The translations under genes and the position numbers were made by a program. Positions 1 to 13,876 of a stretch of DNA of 64,000 nucleotides are shown in pieces. Origin of the DNA: Eledone cirrhosa (Eukaryota); assembly GCA_964016885.1 (NCBI GenBank), contig OZ024760.1, forward strand, positions 31,558,001-31,622,000. Direction: 5' to 3'. How positions within the stretch are numbered: position 1 is the stretch's first letter; each line of letters opens with the position of its first letter. Under the pieces are notes generated by a model. It did not search any database. It saw only the letters and a list, made by a program, of their open reading frames with translations, and was not told where the DNA came from.

Positions 1-1740
1 ATCATCATACGGCCGCTTTTCCCTGCTTGCAAGGGTGGGACGGGTCTTATTCAGCACAGCATCTCTCCACTCGTCACGGTCCCTCGTCATCTCCACCGTG
101 AGCTTCAATGATCTGAGGTCTGTTCTCACCACCTCCGCCCATGTTTTTCGTGGTGTACCTCTACCACGTCTTCCTTCAACTGGCATTTCCTGGCACTTCT
201 TCACCCATCGGTCATCCTCCATGCGCATCACATGTCCATACCACCTCAGTCTCCTCTCCCATACACTACATTCTATCCCTCTCAGACACAGTTTCTCTCT
301 CAACACATTTATGCTGGGTCGTTCACGCACATTTACACTGCACATCCAACGGAGCATGCTTGCCTCATTTCTCTCCAGCCGTCGCATATCCTCTGCGGTT
401 GCTACCCATGTCTCCTCACTACCATGCAGCATCGCGCTCCTCACACAGGCATCATACAACCGGCCTTTCGTACGCAGGGAGAAACCCTTCTTCGTCAACA
501 GAGGAAGCAGCTCCCTAAACTTCTTCCAACCCGTCCTTATTCTAGATAGTATGGTCTTGGAACACCCTCCTCCCATGCTAATCTGATCTCCTAGGTACCG
601 GAAGCTATCCACCACTTCTATAGCGCCCTCTCGCATTTGAAAAATGTGTCTATCAGTGCGACTTCTACTGTCTAATTTCCCTGTACATCTACTGCATACA
701 TATTTCTCCCTACCTGTTAGTTTGCCTGCTATCCCGCTACATCTCTTGTGTACCCAGGACCTGCATTGTGTGCATTTTATAGAATTTATGCCAGTTCCTT
801 TTCTGCATATCGAACATGGCCATTTCCCTGACGGAATCAGGGTTTTGTCCTCTTTTCTACTCATCAACACTTTTGTCTTAGCTAGATTTACTCTCAGTCC
901 TCTTGCTTCCAACTGCTGTTTCCATAGCCGGAATTTATTCTCTAGCTCCTCTACTGATTCTGCTATAAGAACCAGATCGTCAGCATAGAGAAGTTCCCAT
1001 GGACAGCCAGTCTTAAACTCCTCTGTTATGGCTTGGAGGACTATAATGAACAAGAGCGGGCTGAGGACCGAACCCTGATGTACTCCTACTTGTATCTGGA
1101 ATTCCTCACTAAACTCCATTCCTACCCTGACTTTACTGAGAGTACCTCTGTACAAAGTTTGCACTGTCCTCACAAGCCATTCCTCAACACCTAGCTTCCT
1201 TAGGGACCACCAGATGACAGATCGGGGTACCCTATCAAAGGCCTTCTCTAGGTCAACAAAGGCTAAGTATAGTGGCTTATTCTTCTCTAAGAACCTCTCT
1301 TGCATTTGTCTCACCAAGAAGAGGGCATCTGTTGTACTCTTCCCAGGCACAAAACCAAACTGCATCTCATCTAGTTTGACCCTTTCTCTAATTAGTTGTG
1401 CTAAAATCCTTTCTGCCACTTTCATAACCTGATCTATCAGTTTTATACCCCTATAATTGCTCCTCTCCAAAGCATCCCCTTTACCTTTGTAGCAATTTAT
1501 GAGAATACTGCTGCACCAGTCTTTGGGTATGACACCACCATATATAGCCTGATTGATGATGCGTGCAACCAGTTTAGTGCCTACGTCCCCTGATGCCTTC
1601 AGCATCTCAGCAACTATTCCCGATGGTCCGGCCGCCTTACCATTTTTCATTTCCCTAATCGCCTCTTGGACCCTATATTCGTCAATCTCAATAGCTGGTC
1701 CCTCTGTCGGATCTATCAAGGGTAATTTCTCTCTCTCCCA
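1..1740 (-). mobile_element. RTE-clade LINE family A, 5'-truncated copy (RT, PHD-like finger, 3' end with (ATG)n tail)
   Basis: Near-identical to 13876-15555, whose minus-strand ORFs encode RTE RT motifs ([41 protein letters not shown]). Tail reads atcatcat at the window start; the 5' end abuts a (TA)n array. Confidence 0.93.
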
Positions 1741-1827
1741 TATATATATATATACATATGCATATATATATATATGCATATATATATGCATATGCATATA
1801 TATATGCATATATATATATATACACAC

Positions 1828-1879
<52 letters not shown>

Positions 1880-2604
1880 GCATATATATATATATGCATA
1901 TATATATATATATATATACATATGCATATATATATATATGCATATATATATATATATATATACATATGCATATATATATATGCATATATATATATATATA
2001 TACATATGCATATATATATATATATGCATATATATATATACATATATATATATGCATATATATATATATGCATATATATATATGCATATATATATATACA
2101 TATATATATATGCATATATATATATATGCATATATATATATGCATATATATATATGCATATATATATATATGCATATATATATATGCATATATATATATG
2201 CATATATATATGCATATATATATATACATATATATATATGCATATATATATATATATATGCATATATATATGCATATATATATATATATATGCATATATA
2301 TATATATGCATATATATATATATATATATGCATATATATATATATATGCATATATATATATGCATATATATATGTATATATATATATGCATATATATATA
2401 TGCATATATATATATGTATATATATATATATGCATATATATACATATATGCATATATATATATGTATATATATATATATGCATATATATACATATATGCA
2501 TATATATACATATATGCATATATATATATATGCATATATACATACATATATGCATATATATATGCATATATATATATATATATGCATATATATATATATA
2601 CATA
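1741..2604. repeat. (TA)n microsatellite with TATGCA interruptions
   Basis: Directly visible; source of the spurious YI/IY ORFs. Confidence 0.97.
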
Positions 2605-3360
2605 TAAAATATTAAACAAATAATGAACAAACAATTCCTTATATTAAACAAAAAAAGTTCACTATTTAACGATCGTTTCTAGGGTATATATGTGTTATAA
2701 TTGGTATGCATATTCAACAGATCTATGTACAAAATTATACAAAATTATACAAATTATCAAGATTAAATATACATACCTAACACATATATACGCCGTCTTC
2801 AGAAATAATGAAGTATATTTATTGATAATAACAACAATTCAAAATATCAGTTCAAAATTGACCAATGAAAACACAAAGGGTTAAAAGCAGTTTGGTGTGT
2901 GTATATACATGTAAAATCCTTACACATATTTTACAATAATGTGTGTATAATTTGTATGTGCATACTAAAAAGATGGATGCAAACACAAAATTTCAAGGTT
3001 AATATCTCTGTAAGCTTAATGCGCTGATAAGATGCGCAATGATACTTATGGAGTCAAGCATATAAATATATTTTTTTCATACTCACACATATCAGTATAA
3101 TCACACATACATGCGCGTATATGCATAAATATACACATAACCACGAACATACAAACACACACACTCCCCCACTCACATTTATATATGTGGATATAAAATC
3201 ATAAGCAAATAGAAATTAAGTCACTCACATAAAACACTGGCACACACATTTCAAGATCAAGATACAGAAATTAGGTGGGAGGGGGGGGAAGGGGTCAGTA
3301 TTAGATTGTCAGAGCAGACTGCCTAATATAAATGTATCTATAAATTAAGAAAAATAAAAA
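2605..3360 (-). mobile_element. PLE terminal (pseudo-LTR/3' UTR) fragment, same family as 9960-10505
   Basis: 2605-2810 is nearly identical to 10095-10299 and contains a hammerhead. The right boundary is uncertain. Confidence 0.65.
2658..2812 (-). ncRNA. Type I minimal hammerhead ribozyme with very long stem II
   Basis: Minus strand: TTCATTATTT-CTGAAGA-[about 115-nt hairpin]-GAAAC-GATC-GTT-AAATAGTGAA. 10-bp stem I and palindromic stem III (AACGATCGTT). Confidence 0.72.
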
Positions 3361-3633
3361 AATAAAAACAATAAAATATAATAAATATAATATAATGTAC
3401 ATACATATACAGATATACATACACATACATACATGTACGCGCACATAGAGATATTTACGCATACACACATACACACATACGTATACAGTCATACACACAC
3501 ATACACTTACACGAACATACACATACACATATAAAAAGATATATATACACACACACACACGCGCAACACATACACACATACACATATATATAAAAAATAG
3601 ATAATAAAGATATATATCCATATATATATATAT

Positions 3634-3694
<61 letters not shown>

Positions 3695-3794
3695 TATACA
3701 CATACATACCCATACATCTAAATATACATACACATACATACACACATACATGTACATACATGTACATACATATACGCACATCGATATACATATA

Positions 3795-3834
<40 letters not shown>

Positions 3835-3881
3835 CACTCACATAGACATAAAGATACATACACACACAACTTACATACACA

Positions 3882-3915
<34 letters not shown>

Positions 3916-4181
3916 TGTACCTTCATACATAGAATTAGATATATAATCATACATACATATGCACCTACTTATACTCATATAAATAAATACATACGCTTCC
4001 ATATATGTGTATACACATAAAAAACAATCCCACCTCACCAAACTCAGACATACAAATGAAAATAATAATAAAAAAACGCATATGTATATACATACACACA
4101 CGCATTAATAGAGATATATATATATACACACATACATACACACACATATATATACATACACACACACATACATACACATAC

Positions 4182-4238
<57 letters not shown>

Positions 4239-4245
4239 TAGACTC

Positions 4246-4276
<31 letters not shown>

Positions 4277-4435
4277 AACATATATATCAACACACTCATA
4301 CCACCATAAATACACATACAAACACCCACATGTATATATATATATATATCCACATACACACACGTATACATATATATATATACATATATATACACATACA
4401 CATATATATATACACACACATAAAAAACAGACATG

Positions 4436-4466
<31 letters not shown>

Positions 4467-4568
4467 TTCATTACCCTTATATATACACACAGTATATATA
4501 CATACACAACCTCACTTATACACATATACACATAAGTTATATTACAATAATAATAAAGAATAATACAT

Positions 4569-4601
<33 letters not shown>

Positions 4602-4711
4602 CATATATATATATATATACATACATACATACACATACATACATACACATAAATATATACATACATAAATACACACATACGAATAAAGACATATATTCAC
4701 ACATAGACACC

Positions 4712-4743
<32 letters not shown>

Positions 4744-5330
4744 TCTATATATATATATATACATATATACATATACATATATATATACACATACACACAC
4801 ACACACACACACAGACACACATACACACTCACATATATATATATATATATGTGTATGTGAGTGTGCGCACATACACATATATACACACACACATACAAAC
4901 ACACACAAACACATACATATGCATACGTGCACACACACACACATATATCACATAGATACGAAGATAAACATATAAATAGAGAGACATACAAATATATACA
5001 CAACACATATACACATACATACATACACGCATATACATATACATACATATATACACATATATATATTCCTATATACAAGCATACACATACATACACATAT
5101 ATACATATACATACACATATACATACCACACATTCACATACACATACATATATAATACATATATATACATATATATACATACATATGTATGTACAATCAT
5201 ATATACACACTCAATCTTACATTCATATTTACATGCTCATATATGTATTTTTATATTTAGAAATAAATACCAAAACCTATATAGACACCCACCTACATAC
5301 ATATTCATACATATACGCTTACAAATACAG
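3361..5330. repeat. Degenerate (CA)/(TA) low-complexity tract
   Basis: Directly visible. Confidence 0.9.
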
Positions 5331-5457
5331 ATGATAATAGTATGGGGGAAAGGGGGGGTTTGGAGAAGGGGATCAAAGTAAATATATGTTTCAAGAAACA
5401 TATAATATATATATATTTCTATACATATATATATGCATATATATATATATATATATA

Positions 5458-6290
5458 TCATCATCATTATCATCGTTTAACATCCGTGTTCCACGCTTGC
5501 ATGGGTTTGGACGGGAGTTTTCCCACTTGAGGCAAGAGTGGTTGTCTTGCTCGCATAGGACTGTCTGGCGGGTTCTCTACAGCTGGATGCCCTTCCTAAC
5601 ACCAATCACATTTACAGTGTGAGGCTGGGAGGTTTTTACCGTGTTGCCTACAAGGCCACATTACAGCGTGGACTGTCTGGCGTGTTTTCTACAGCTGGAT
5701 GCCCTTCCTAACACCAACCACATTTAGAGTGTGGCGCTGGGAGGTTTTTACCGTGTTGCCTACACGGCCACATTACAGCGTGGACTGTGTGTTTTTTTGT
5801 CGTGACACCTACACGATCTCATTTGTTTCGGCCTGGATGTTGTGGCACCAACATAACTTTACTTTGAAAGGGGTGGTATGGATGGGGCGCGGGTGGTGGG
5901 ACGGGGGTGTATTTTGTTAGAGATGCCTACTGACTGTAGTCGGTTTTACTTTGTATCTAGGTAAGGCGGGTCTTCTCTATTACTGAGTACCGCCAAAGGT
6001 CTCGGTCCAGTGACATTGTCTTGGAGAGGTGTAAGTGTGTGAGGTCGGAATTTATCAGCTCGTCCCAGGTTTTCCTGGGTCTGCCTACTCCGTGGCTACC
6101 GTCTGTCTTTATTGCCCTGCACTTTTTTATACAGCTGTCGTCTTTCATGCGCATCACGTGACCATACCAACGTAGCCTTCTCTCGAGTAAACAACATCTG
6201 ATCCCTCTTATTTCTAATTTTTCCCTTAGTTCGTTTATGCTTTGCCGTTCTCGTATGTTACTATTACACATCCAGCGGAGCATGCAAGCT
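5458..6290 (-). mobile_element. RTE LINE family C, 3' fragment (ORF C-terminus plus 3' UTR with two 112-bp repeats)
   Basis: ORF 5957-6283 [15 protein letters not shown]...RLRWYGHV...GRPRKTW matches the C-terminus of ORF 29235-31094; (ATG)n tail. Confidence 0.92.
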
Positions 6291-6320
6291 ATATATAAAT
6301 ATATATATATATATATATTT

Positions 6321-6405
<85 letters not shown>

Positions 6406-6612
6406 CATGTATATATATATATATATATACATTCAGTTATTAGGAGTATTCCAAAGCTTGGTAGAACAAGTTGTGAGGAAAGTTCTCAACATACGTTAAG
6501 GTGACTCGACAGGTTGGTAGGGATTCTGTGGTGGAAACACGAACAAACGAGGAGTGTAATCAAAGAAGAGAAATAGGACGAAGGTAAACAGTTACAAAAG
6601 AATTTAATCCAC

Positions 6613-6713
6613 GTATTAACAATTGTTTCATCAGAATTTCAGTCCATTATTGCTACACTATGTTATAATAGGCAATCAAGAAAGATACTGTGGCATCCGA
6701 ATTTTCAAAATAC
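6613..6713 (-). ncRNA. Variant hammerhead ribozyme (U3-A8 core) in the PLE 3' pseudo-LTR
   Basis: Minus strand: GTATT-TTGAAAA-TTCGGA...TCTGAT-GAAAC-AATT-GTT-AATAC; stem II is long and imperfect. Confidence 0.55.
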
Positions 6714-6769
6714 AAAGTTGGAATGACCTTAGGAAATGAAATAATGGGTAGTAGTGTAAGATAGAGGAA

Positions 6770-6794
6770 CAGAGAGAGAGAGAGGGGCAAAAGA

Positions 6795-6852
<58 letters not shown>
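6770..6852. repeat. (GA)n microsatellite within the PLE 3' UTR
   Basis: Directly visible. Confidence 0.95.
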
Positions 6853-6857
<5 letters not shown>

Positions 6858-7107
6858 GATGGAGGTAGGAAGAGAAAGAGATAGTGTGGTGTGAGAGGAT
6901 TTGTATAGGGTGGGGGAGGAGGGTTGTGTGCTAAAAGTTGTGATGAGTAGAGGGAGAGAGAAGGAAGATAGAATTTTAAGAGGCATTTGGAAGTGGACAG
7001 GCGAAAGTCTTACCAGAGAACAGATGAAGGAAGAAAGTATTAAATTTCATATATAGTCTATTTTTAGGGGTGTAGAATTGTTATTTAGGGTAGAAAGATA
7101 GGTAGTG

Positions 7108-9136
7108 TTAGGATTTGGTTGAAGGTTTGAAGTGTGAGAATTTCGCTTTCAGTTTATGCTGGCAAAAAATTGACCTTTCAATTTTGTTGTTGAGTAGTTG
7201 GTGGCTTGAGCTTAGGATATGGAAGAGCTCATTATTACACAACAGGCACGTTTTCATCCCACTCCGGTATGGAGGAGCATGTGAGAGTTTGGTCCATTTA
7301 AGGGTGTATTGTCGGTTACTCCCTTTTAAGTGCCAAATTTTGTCGGCAAGAGTCATTACGTAACGGTGTTGGTGGTGCTTTATTGCGTAACGATGCGTGT
7401 ACCAACGAGTTTTGAAGGTGTTTGCAGTGCTGCCTATGTAGTGCCAGGTTTGGTTGCCCGACTCAACCGAGCACCTGTACACTAGGTTTGAATGCAAACA
7501 TTCGTTATTCAATGGACAAGTCTCTGGAAGGTGGCAATTACAATTTCTGTTATGGGCAGTGGTGGAGTTATAGGTGGGCTGGGATGTGTGTGTGAGTGTG
7601 TTTTGTGCATACTGATTGTTAGTGGGTGGTTGTGTATTAGGTGTATTATTGTGTTGAGTGATTGGGGTGTTGTTGTTACGGAGTTTTTTGGCGTTGAGCA
7701 TCTTAATGTGTGCGTCTAGGTTTGGTGCAGTGGAATAAGATAGTCTAATTGTTTTGGTATTAAGTATACTACTATATTTATGTGAATTTGGAAAGTGTTT
7801 TTTTATAATTTTGTAGAATGTGGAAGGTAAGTTAGAGCTAATAGAAGAGTTAAAAATAGGATTATACCAAATGTAAGATCTACTCCGTGTTCTGTTTTGC
7901 TTTGATGTTGCTGTTGTATTTGTGGTGTGGTTAGTATTAGGGGGTCTAGGTGTGGGTGTTTGTGGGGCGTTTGGCGTGTCTGTGGTTATGTGTTTTATGG
8001 TTGTGTGGGTCCATGTATTCTAGTTTGTCGGTGTGGCCAGCCCGTTCTAATGCAGTGTTGTAGTATTCAGCGTGTTGATCGAATATTTGTTGGTTAGATG
8101 AGAGGCGGGATATTCTAAGTGATATGCTATGTGGCACGGACCTTATAATAGATAGTGGGTGGTTAGAGCTAGTGTGGATGTAGGTGAGGTTCTCATTGTT
8201 TTTGTGAAAGGGTGTGATAATTTGGGTGTTGAGGTTGAAGGTGGCATCTAGGAAGTTAACTACTTTGGTACTATATTCGTAGGTGATTTTAAGGCCAAGG
8301 CTATCTAGGGTTCTTCTAATGCTCTTACGGGTTCGTTCTATGTTTTGTTTATTCATGTTTTTAACTAATAGGAGAGCGTCATCTCTATATATTCCGCCTT
8401 GAAGGTAACTAACTTTATTATGTAAGGTGTGGGCTATGTATATACCAACAATATCCGTAACTTGTGCTGAGTCATTAGCACCCATAGTTATGTCAAAGTT
8501 ATCTATTCTATCCTTACGTATCCAAAAGTTATTTTCAAATTTAATTATCGTCTTTCTAGCTGCTAGGATAATGTTTATTTCGTCGTCGGTTAAGTCAGAG
8601 TTGGCTTTCGCAAATTCTAGTGCCTTCTTTAGAGTATCGGGTGATATGGAGGAGTAATAGTCATTAATGTCGAATTGTATAAAGTTAGAGGTATTTTTGT
8701 TATCTATACTATTAAACCATTTAATTGTGTCGCTAGTGTTGTCCCAAAGTTTAATAACTAGTTTATTCCTTAATTGTATTATTATTCTATCTAAAATATG
8801 CTTGCTAATTTTACCTATGTCTGACTTAGATGGGCATATTAATCTAATAGTGGGTTTATCTAGGAAATCTAATTTGTGGTCCTTAAGATTAAAGGTGGGG
8901 GTGCAAGTTGTCATGGGCTCAGTTCTATCTTCAAGTTCTAGACTTTTGACAATATGGTGTGCTTGTTTGTTGATGTTAAGTAGTGCTTTGTTATTGGTTT
9001 TCTTATATTTTTTATGTAATTCCTTTCGTATAAGGTCGTGGTAAGTATGAATGTCCATTGTGTACACGTTAGATGTTTTATCCGCTTTGACAATAATCCC
9101 GTTAGTGGTGCGCAACTTGTTTAGAAAGGTATCCAT
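7108..9136 (-). pseudogene. PLE RT-GIY-YIG ORF with one frameshift near 7950-8020
   Basis: 7946-9136: ADKTSN, KDHK, FDINDYYSSI, MGANDSA, YRDD, FLD, SSNHP. A second frame continues IWYNPIF...HFP...SYS into 7108-7701: CNC-x5-CPL-x3-C, LVY...YIG, FKTRW..H, CLLC..E, LLN..E...CQH. Confidence 0.88.
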
Positions 9137-9313
9137 GTCTTTATGAAGCTTGTATCCATGTCTTTATGAAGCTTGTATCCATGTCTTTATGAAGCTTCTT
9201 GATTGCCTATTATAACATAGTGTAGCAATAATGGACTGAAATTCTGATGAAACAATTGTTAATACATGGATTAAATTCTTTTGTAACTGTTTACCTTCGT
9301 CCTATTTCTCTTC

Positions 9314-9672
9314 ATCATCATCATCATCATCATCAGGTTTAGCGTCCGTGTTCCACGCTTGCATGGGTTTGGACAGGGGTTTTCCCACTTGAGGCAAGAG
9401 TGGTTGTCTTGCTCGCATAGGACTGTCTGGCGGGTTTTCTACAGTTGGATGCCCTTCCTAACACCAACCACATTTACAGTGTGGGGCTGGGAGGTTTTTA
9501 CCGTATTGCCTACACGGCCACATTACAGCGTGGACTGTCTGGCGGGTTTTCTACAGCTGGATGCCCTTCCTAACACCAACCACATTTACAGTGTGGGGCT
9601 GGGAGGTTTTTACCGTGTTGCCTACACGGCCACATTTACAGCGTGGACTGTGTGTTTTTTTGTCGTGACACC
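9314..9672 (-). mobile_element. RTE family C 3' UTR-only insertion with an 8-bp target site duplication
   Basis: Matches 31245-31600; flanked by TTCTCTTC at 9306-9313 and 9673-9680. Confidence 0.88.
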
Positions 9673-9704
9673 TTCTCTTCTATATATATATACATATATA
9701 TATG

Positions 9705-9771
<67 letters not shown>

Positions 9772-9775
9772 GTAC

Positions 9776-9816
<41 letters not shown>

Positions 9817-9841
9817 TATAATGTACATATATATATATATG

Positions 9842-9907
<66 letters not shown>

Positions 9908-9908
9908 C

Positions 9909-9953
<45 letters not shown>

Positions 9954-9959
9954 CATATA

Positions 9960-10505
9960 TGTAGATAAATCTACCAAGAGTTTACGGTAGTGTCCAATCC
10001 GTATGAAGAACTCAATGTATTCCGGATATCATGGAAAGAAGAGATGTAATGAAAAATCACTTTCGGTGAAAGATAAACGGTATACAGAGTCAAGATAAAA
10101 TATTAAACAAATAATGAATAAACAATTCCTTATATTAAACAAAAAAAGTTCATTATTTAACGATCGTTTCTAGGATATATATGTGTTAGAATTGGTATGC
10201 ATATTCAACAGATCTATGTACAAAATTATACAAAATTATACAAATTATCAAGATTAAATATACATACCAACACATATATACGCCGTCTTCAGAAATAATC
10301 ATTATTTCTGAAGACGGCGTATATATGTGTTGGTATGTATATTTAATCTTGATAATTTGTATAATTTTGTATAATTTTGTACATAGATCTGTTGAATATG
10401 CATACCAATTCTAACACATATATATCCTAGAAACGATCGTTAAATAATGAACTTTTTTTGTTTAATATAAGGAATTGTTTATTCATTATTTGTTTAATAT
10501 TTTAT
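9960..10505. mobile_element. Fold-back PLE terminus: 205-bp perfect inverted repeat (10095-10505) with a hammerhead on each strand
   Basis: The arms are reverse complements around a single C at 10300; flanked by (TA)n. Confidence 0.85.
10299..10450 (+). ncRNA. Type I minimal hammerhead with long stem II (mirror copy on the minus strand at about 10150-10299)
   Basis: TCATTATTT-CTGAAGA-CGGCGTATATATGTGTTGGTATG...CATACCAATTCTAACACATATATATCCTA-GAAAC-GATC-GTT-AAATAATGA. Confidence 0.72.
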
Positions 10506-11151
<646 letters not shown>

Positions 11152-11300
11152 AGCTTGCATGCTCCGCTGGATGTGTAATAGTAACATATTTAAACGGCAA
11201 AGCATAAACGAATATATATATGTTCGTTTTAGCCTATCTGCTTGTTTTTTGGTGAGTTGTAATCTTCTTACAGCAACTGGGAAAAAAATCTGCAAATGGC

Positions 11301-13395
11301 TTGCGTAAGCTCATGCAGCGCTCGCGTAATGGAGAGATAGCATGCTTTCCAACAGACAAGTCTGGCAGAATGTCGGTTGACAGCCTGCCAAACTACATCC
11401 AGGCAATGCAACCCCACATCACTAACACAAGAGAGGTAACACCACAGGAGCATGAGGATAGAGAAAAAGCCCCCAATGCCCATATGGTGATGTGGACAAA
11501 TATAATGCAGCCCAACAAAAGGACTGCCAACAACTTCCAGGCCTGGAACAACGACGTGCCGGCGTTGTATGGGCTTCGAAAAGACCATAAAACGGGCAGT
11601 GACCCTGTCGCGGGACCACCAACACGGCCAGTCTGTGGAGCTAACATTGCTAGTAACTACAGACTGTCCTACTTCCTCTCCCTGATCATACGCCCCATCA
11701 TTGAAATGTCCCCAGATGTATGTGACAGCACGGAGGACCTCCTCAGCAGAATCAGCGTGGGTAACCGATCTGGGGACCTAACAAACTGCATAATAGGCAG
11801 TATGGATGTTGTGTCCCTGTATCCATCTATTGACGTGGATTTTGCTGTGGAGAAATGCGTAGAAATGATCAGTGAGAGCAATGTTGAGTTCCGTGGGATT
11901 GATACCAGTGAGCTGGGACTCCTACTTAAACTTACCTATAGTAATAATTACCTAGACACATATGACCTTAGCAACCTGTGCCCTACAAGACCAGCAAGAG
12001 GCAGACCACCTACCATTACCTCAATGGCCAAGAAAACCCACACAGATAGATGGAACGGGTGGACCAGAGCCATACGGACACCCGGAAACCACGATGAACT
12101 GAAGAAAATGATTGCACATGCGGTAGGGGCCAGCATAAAACTAACCCTTAAGGAACATATGTTCAAATTTAATGGAAAAACATATGCCCAAGAGGAAGGA
12201 GCAGCCATTGGTGTTAGCATTGCAGGCGACATAGCTAACTTATTCATGGTATGGTGGGACAGTAGACTTAAACTTAAAGAACAATTAGAAGACCCCTTAA
12301 CCCTGATAATGTACTCCCGCTACGTTGATGATATAAACATCGTAGTTAAGACACCCCCACTAGAGAACAGTCAGGAACTAGAGAAAAACACAATGGAAAG
12401 CATCCAGCAAATAGCTAACTCCATCCACCAGAGCATTAGAGTTACTATAGACTACCCAAGTAAACACCCCAACCATCGATTACCTGTACTAGACACAGAG
12501 CTCTGGTTAGATACCATTAATAACAAAAAACAAATCCTCCATTCCCATTATGCCAAACCCATGACTTCCAAACATCTGATCCACCGAAACTCGGCCATTT
12601 CGGACCATACCAAAATCAACATACTGATTGCGGATTTGGTACGGGTGATGAGAAACGTGTCGCATGTGCAACCCCGAAGAACTAGAGAGACACATACAAC
12701 ACTTCATCCACCGTATGCAGTTCTCTGGCTACAATCAGAGAGATAAAATCAGAGTGTATAGAGGAGCCAGAACCAAATGGGAAAAAATGGTAAATAATGA
12801 CATAAATGGGACCTGCCCCTTGTATAGGAGCAAATTTTGGAATAGAATAGAAAGAACTAGGAACAAGGCTAATAGAATAAACTCATGGTATGATAGCAAT
12901 AAATACCAGAGTGTAATGTTGATCGATACAACCTCTAGAGGTGAATTAGCTTACAAATTTAGAAGGGCCCTAAATAAACATAAACTCAATATTAAGATAG
13001 TAGAAATACCAGGTACCTCCGTAAAAACACTTATTAGCAAGACATACCCTTTTCAAAGACCCTCATATATAGATAAGAAATGTATAACCTGTAAAATAAG
13101 CCCCCATATTAACTGTAAAACTAGAAATGTAGTGTATAGCATAAGATGTACTGAAGGACAATGTAGAGACAAAAATATAGTGTACATAGGTGAGACAGCT
13201 CGTAGTGTAGGGGAAGGGATAAATGAACACTGGCGAGACCTTCAAGATAGTAAAGAATCATCTGTACTCTACCAACATGCTAAAATAGAACACAAGGGTA
13301 AATTAGAGAACATAGAAATAAAAATAGAATCTACACACAGAAAAGACGCAATGTTTAGCAATAAACATAAAAGAATTACAACCAAAATTAAATAG
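11301..13395 (+). pseudogene. PLE RT-GIY-YIG ORF with a frameshift near 12660
   Basis: TDKSG, LYGLRKDHK, RPV, SMDVVSLYPSI, QEEGAAIG, RYVDD, PVLD; then CITC, NCKTRNVVYSIRC...VYIGETARS...EH...QH. Confidence 0.88.
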
Positions 13396-13642
13396 AAAAT
13401 ATGAGTGGAACAGCAACATCACAACTTACAATTAAGGACAAAATGAAAACACACACACACACACACACATAGAACAAACAACCAACCAGTAACATGTAAA
13501 TAAACAAATAAATAAATGAACATAAACACACACAGACACCCGGATGTGGCGCATGCGCAGACTGAGCACACAACACACACACAGAAACAGAATGGCGTAG
13601 GACAGAACAAAGGAGAGGCACAGAAACAAAGAAAGGAATCCC

Positions 13643-13689
13643 TTGTCACTGAAGAGGTCACAGAGTGTGTGACGAAAGAACTACGACAA
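13643..13689 (+). ncRNA. Minimal hammerhead ribozyme in the PLE 3' end
   Basis: TTGTCA-CTGAAGA-G-GTCACA-GAGTG-TGTGAC-GAAA-GAAC-TA-CGACAA. Confidence 0.7.
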
Positions 13690-13845
13690 TATATAAACAA
13701 CTATCTGGTTGTGGAACCAACCAACCAACCAGAAATTTATAAATTTATAAATTTATTATAAATTTATTATAATAAATTGAAGTGAAAGCAACTGGTGCGT
13801 GTGTTTCTTATTGGCAACATGACCCTCCCAAAGTATAACAACATA

Positions 13846-13875
<30 letters not shown>

Positions 13876-13876
<1 letters not shown>

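Larger units (their letters stand above)
6430..9313 (-). mobile_element. Penelope-like element, probably Hydra clade; 5'-truncated with inverted 5' pseudo-LTR
   Basis: RT plus C-terminal GIY-YIG. 9198-9313 is an inverted copy of about 6567-6680. Embedded in (TA)n. Confidence 0.88.
11290..13842 (+). mobile_element. Penelope-like element with C-terminal GIY-YIG (second clade, possibly Nematis/Neptune), 5'-truncated
   Basis: RT, EN and a 3' region carrying a hammerhead; ends in (TA)n. Confidence 0.88.

Noticed and set aside
35-1432. Plus-strand ORFs opposite RTE copies
   Set aside because: Antisense shadows of the RT reading frame.
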